Assembly (NCBI GenBank): GCA_026025795.1
Contig: JAPEUG010000157.1
Coordinates: forward strand, 1-35,469
Direction: 5' to 3'
DNA length: 35,469 nucleotides
Origin: Thelocarpon superellum
Lineage: Eukaryota
This document shows positions 33,513 through 35,469 of the stretch, in pieces (within the stretch, counting starts at the first letter, position 1; each line of letters begins with the position of its first letter). The notes under the pieces were generated by a model. It did no database searches. It was not told where the DNA came from and saw nothing but the letters and a program-made list of their open reading frames with translations. Position numbers and translations under genes: made by a program.

Positions 33513-34870
33513 CTAGTCCATGACGTGAGCAATTGTGGCAGAGGTATAAGACATGAACGTGTCGCCGAGCGGCAAAGAAGGCGAGCTGCCATCGACCAGG
33601 TTACCGTCGAAGCAACCAAAGTAAGCGTAGCGCTGGACGTAGTTTAGAGAATCCAACCACGGCATGACGTCCTGGAGGAAAGTATTCTGTTCGTCCGTGG
33701 AGCCCGACGCGCCAAACTCCGTGATCCACAGCGGGCGGTTGCCACCGGCCTTGTACGCCGACTCGACGTATTCCTTAAAGTAGCCGAAGTTGGTCGCCGA
33801 GTCGTACCAGTGGATGGGCACAAAGTCGATCTGGCAGTCGGTGCACAGGCCCAAGAAAGACTCGAGCCACGCGAGCCCGGCGGGCGACCCGGCGTTCGTG
33901 ACGGCTGGTGCGCCGAGCTGCGCTTGTCCCGCGAACGGCTGCATGAATTGCTTGTACCCGGCTGCGGCCTCCTCGGGGGAAATGTTGGCTTGGCCGGCGT
34001 TGTCGGGCTCGTTGAAGCTAGGGGAAATAGTCAGCACAGGGGTCTCATCGCTGTGGTTGATAAAAGGGCGACTCACGCAAGGAGATGCTTGGATCCGGCC
34101 TTGATGGCCGCGCTCGCCACGCTGCTCCACGAGGACGTCTTGTCGGAACTTGTTCCCCATAGCATCGGCACGTACTCATAGTCGTCGCTCAGACCAGACG
34201 TCGAGCTGGCCCAGTTGTACGCCCACGACACTTGCGAGCCGCTCCCTCCGAATCCGCCCGTCAGCGAAGCGTCGTTGTATGCGAGGCCACGCTTCTTGCT
34301 GCCGCTTCCTCCTCCGCTCGTGCTGGCGGCGGCAACGGCTTGGCCGCTCGAGCTTGGGCTGGCGCTGGCGCTGGCGGCCGGGCTGCTGGCGGCTACGCTT
34401 GGAGCCTCGTCGCTAGTGGATCCCTGGGTGAGAGCGGGTGCGGGGGTAGAGCTGGAGCTGGGAGCTTGTTTGCTGGGGGGTTTGGTGCTGCTCTCTCCGG
34501 CGGTCACGGCCGCAGCGCTGATGGCCGCAGCTGATTCGGAGGTTGCGGTGGGAGTGGTGGTCGTGCTCGAGCTTGGCGTGGTGGATGAACCCACGGCGGC
34601 GAAGTCGGCTCCAGTGTCGACTGCGGCGGCCGGGGCCGTGGAGCTCGGGATCGAGGACGAAGTCAAGGTCGGTGCAGCAGTAGGGGTGACGCTGCTGCTG
34701 GCCGCAATGTCCGGCCCAAGGGGGGCTTCGGAGCCATCTGGATAGACGTAGCTTACGAAGCAGTTGCTCTCATCGGTGGTGGTGTTGATCGGTAAGGCTT
34801 GGATCCCCTGGGCCAGAAGGGAGGCGACGCTCAGCGTCAAGAAAACTCTGGAAGTGATGGAGAATTGCAT
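33513..34870 (-). CDS. Secreted GH128 beta-1,3-glucanase (Asl1-like) with a Ser/Thr/Ala-rich linker; exons 34870-34077 and 34017-33513, 432 aa
   Basis: Signal peptide MQFSITSRVFLTLSVASLLAQGIQA; KRGLAY, SWAYNW, EYVPMLWG, LLA|FNEPD, DFVPIHWY, PLWITEFG, VQRYAYF. Confidence 0.92.
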
Positions 34871-35469
34871 TTTGCCTGTTCTAAGGACGGGGATGAAGGT
34901 GATGTGGGATGCTGTGAGGGACAGTATGGGGCGCGCAAAAAGGAGTGTGGATGCCACGAGCGACAGCTCGAATGACCGAACGTGAAGACGAGCACCAGCT
35001 CGAAGAAGGGCGGAAGAATCGAAGAGAGATGCGAAACAAGCAGAGTTGGTCCAGCAGCGCGTGGTGGGGTATACATATAGCTTCCATGCTCCGGCACCTT
35101 CAGCCGGTGGGGCCAGCGGAGCCAGTGAAACAGCGGCAATTTCGTTTGCTGTGCCCCAAGGCAGGGCGACGATGCCATCACTGCCACACGAGCGACGAGG
35201 AGCCTTGTTCACCACACATCAGGGCGGGGGTCGACTGGTACGCGGATGCATGGGTCGTGGTCTAGACCGGGAATAGGGAGTGAAAGCATTCTTGGGCAGT
35301 GACGGACTCAGACACGCGTCCCGCGACCAGTCGTTTAGTGACGACTTGACGGCGAAGAGATGAGCAAGGAGGGGGGACGTCAGCCACGCGGCAAGCGAAA
35401 CTGATCCCCTGAAGAGACATACGAGTGTTTCCCTGGCGTTCCATAAGACACACGAGTGCGTGCATGCCC

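Noticed and set aside
34871..35215. Upstream in-frame extension of the GH128 ORF
   Set aside because: It starts at GTG and looks like UTR; the ATG at 34870 gives a proper signal peptide.

Overview
GC-rich, gene-dense eukaryotic DNA from a filamentous ascomycete (Pezizomycotina is inferred from gene content and the short 49-203 nt spliceosomal introns). I reconstructed 15 protein-coding genes, and every spliced model sums to a whole number of codons. In order: mitochondrial ribosomal bL17m (MRPL8), choline-phosphate cytidylyltransferase (PCT1), an orphan 120-aa secreted candidate, a PP2C phosphatase (PTC2/3) with a GC-AG intron, AXL2, a GNAT acetyltransferase, an EFM6-like methyltransferase, MPP10, a DUF5315-like protein, RPS23, TRAPPC2L/TCA17, an AFG1 ATPase, MCT1, a Zn(II)2Cys6 transcription factor fused to a maltose/galactoside O-acetyltransferase domain, and a secreted GH128 (Asl1-like) glucanase. 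The most interesting item is the Zn2Cys6-acetyltransferase fusion. The catalytic His of the Maa/LacA 'TATHP' motif is replaced by Met, which suggests a pseudoenzyme ligand sensor. It lies behind a 6.5 kb gene-free region holding tandem CCAAT boxes, a (CGCTGGC)5 array and a uORF. I could not support any tRNA, rRNA, transposon or CRISPR feature. All family assignments come from recalled motifs, not database searches.
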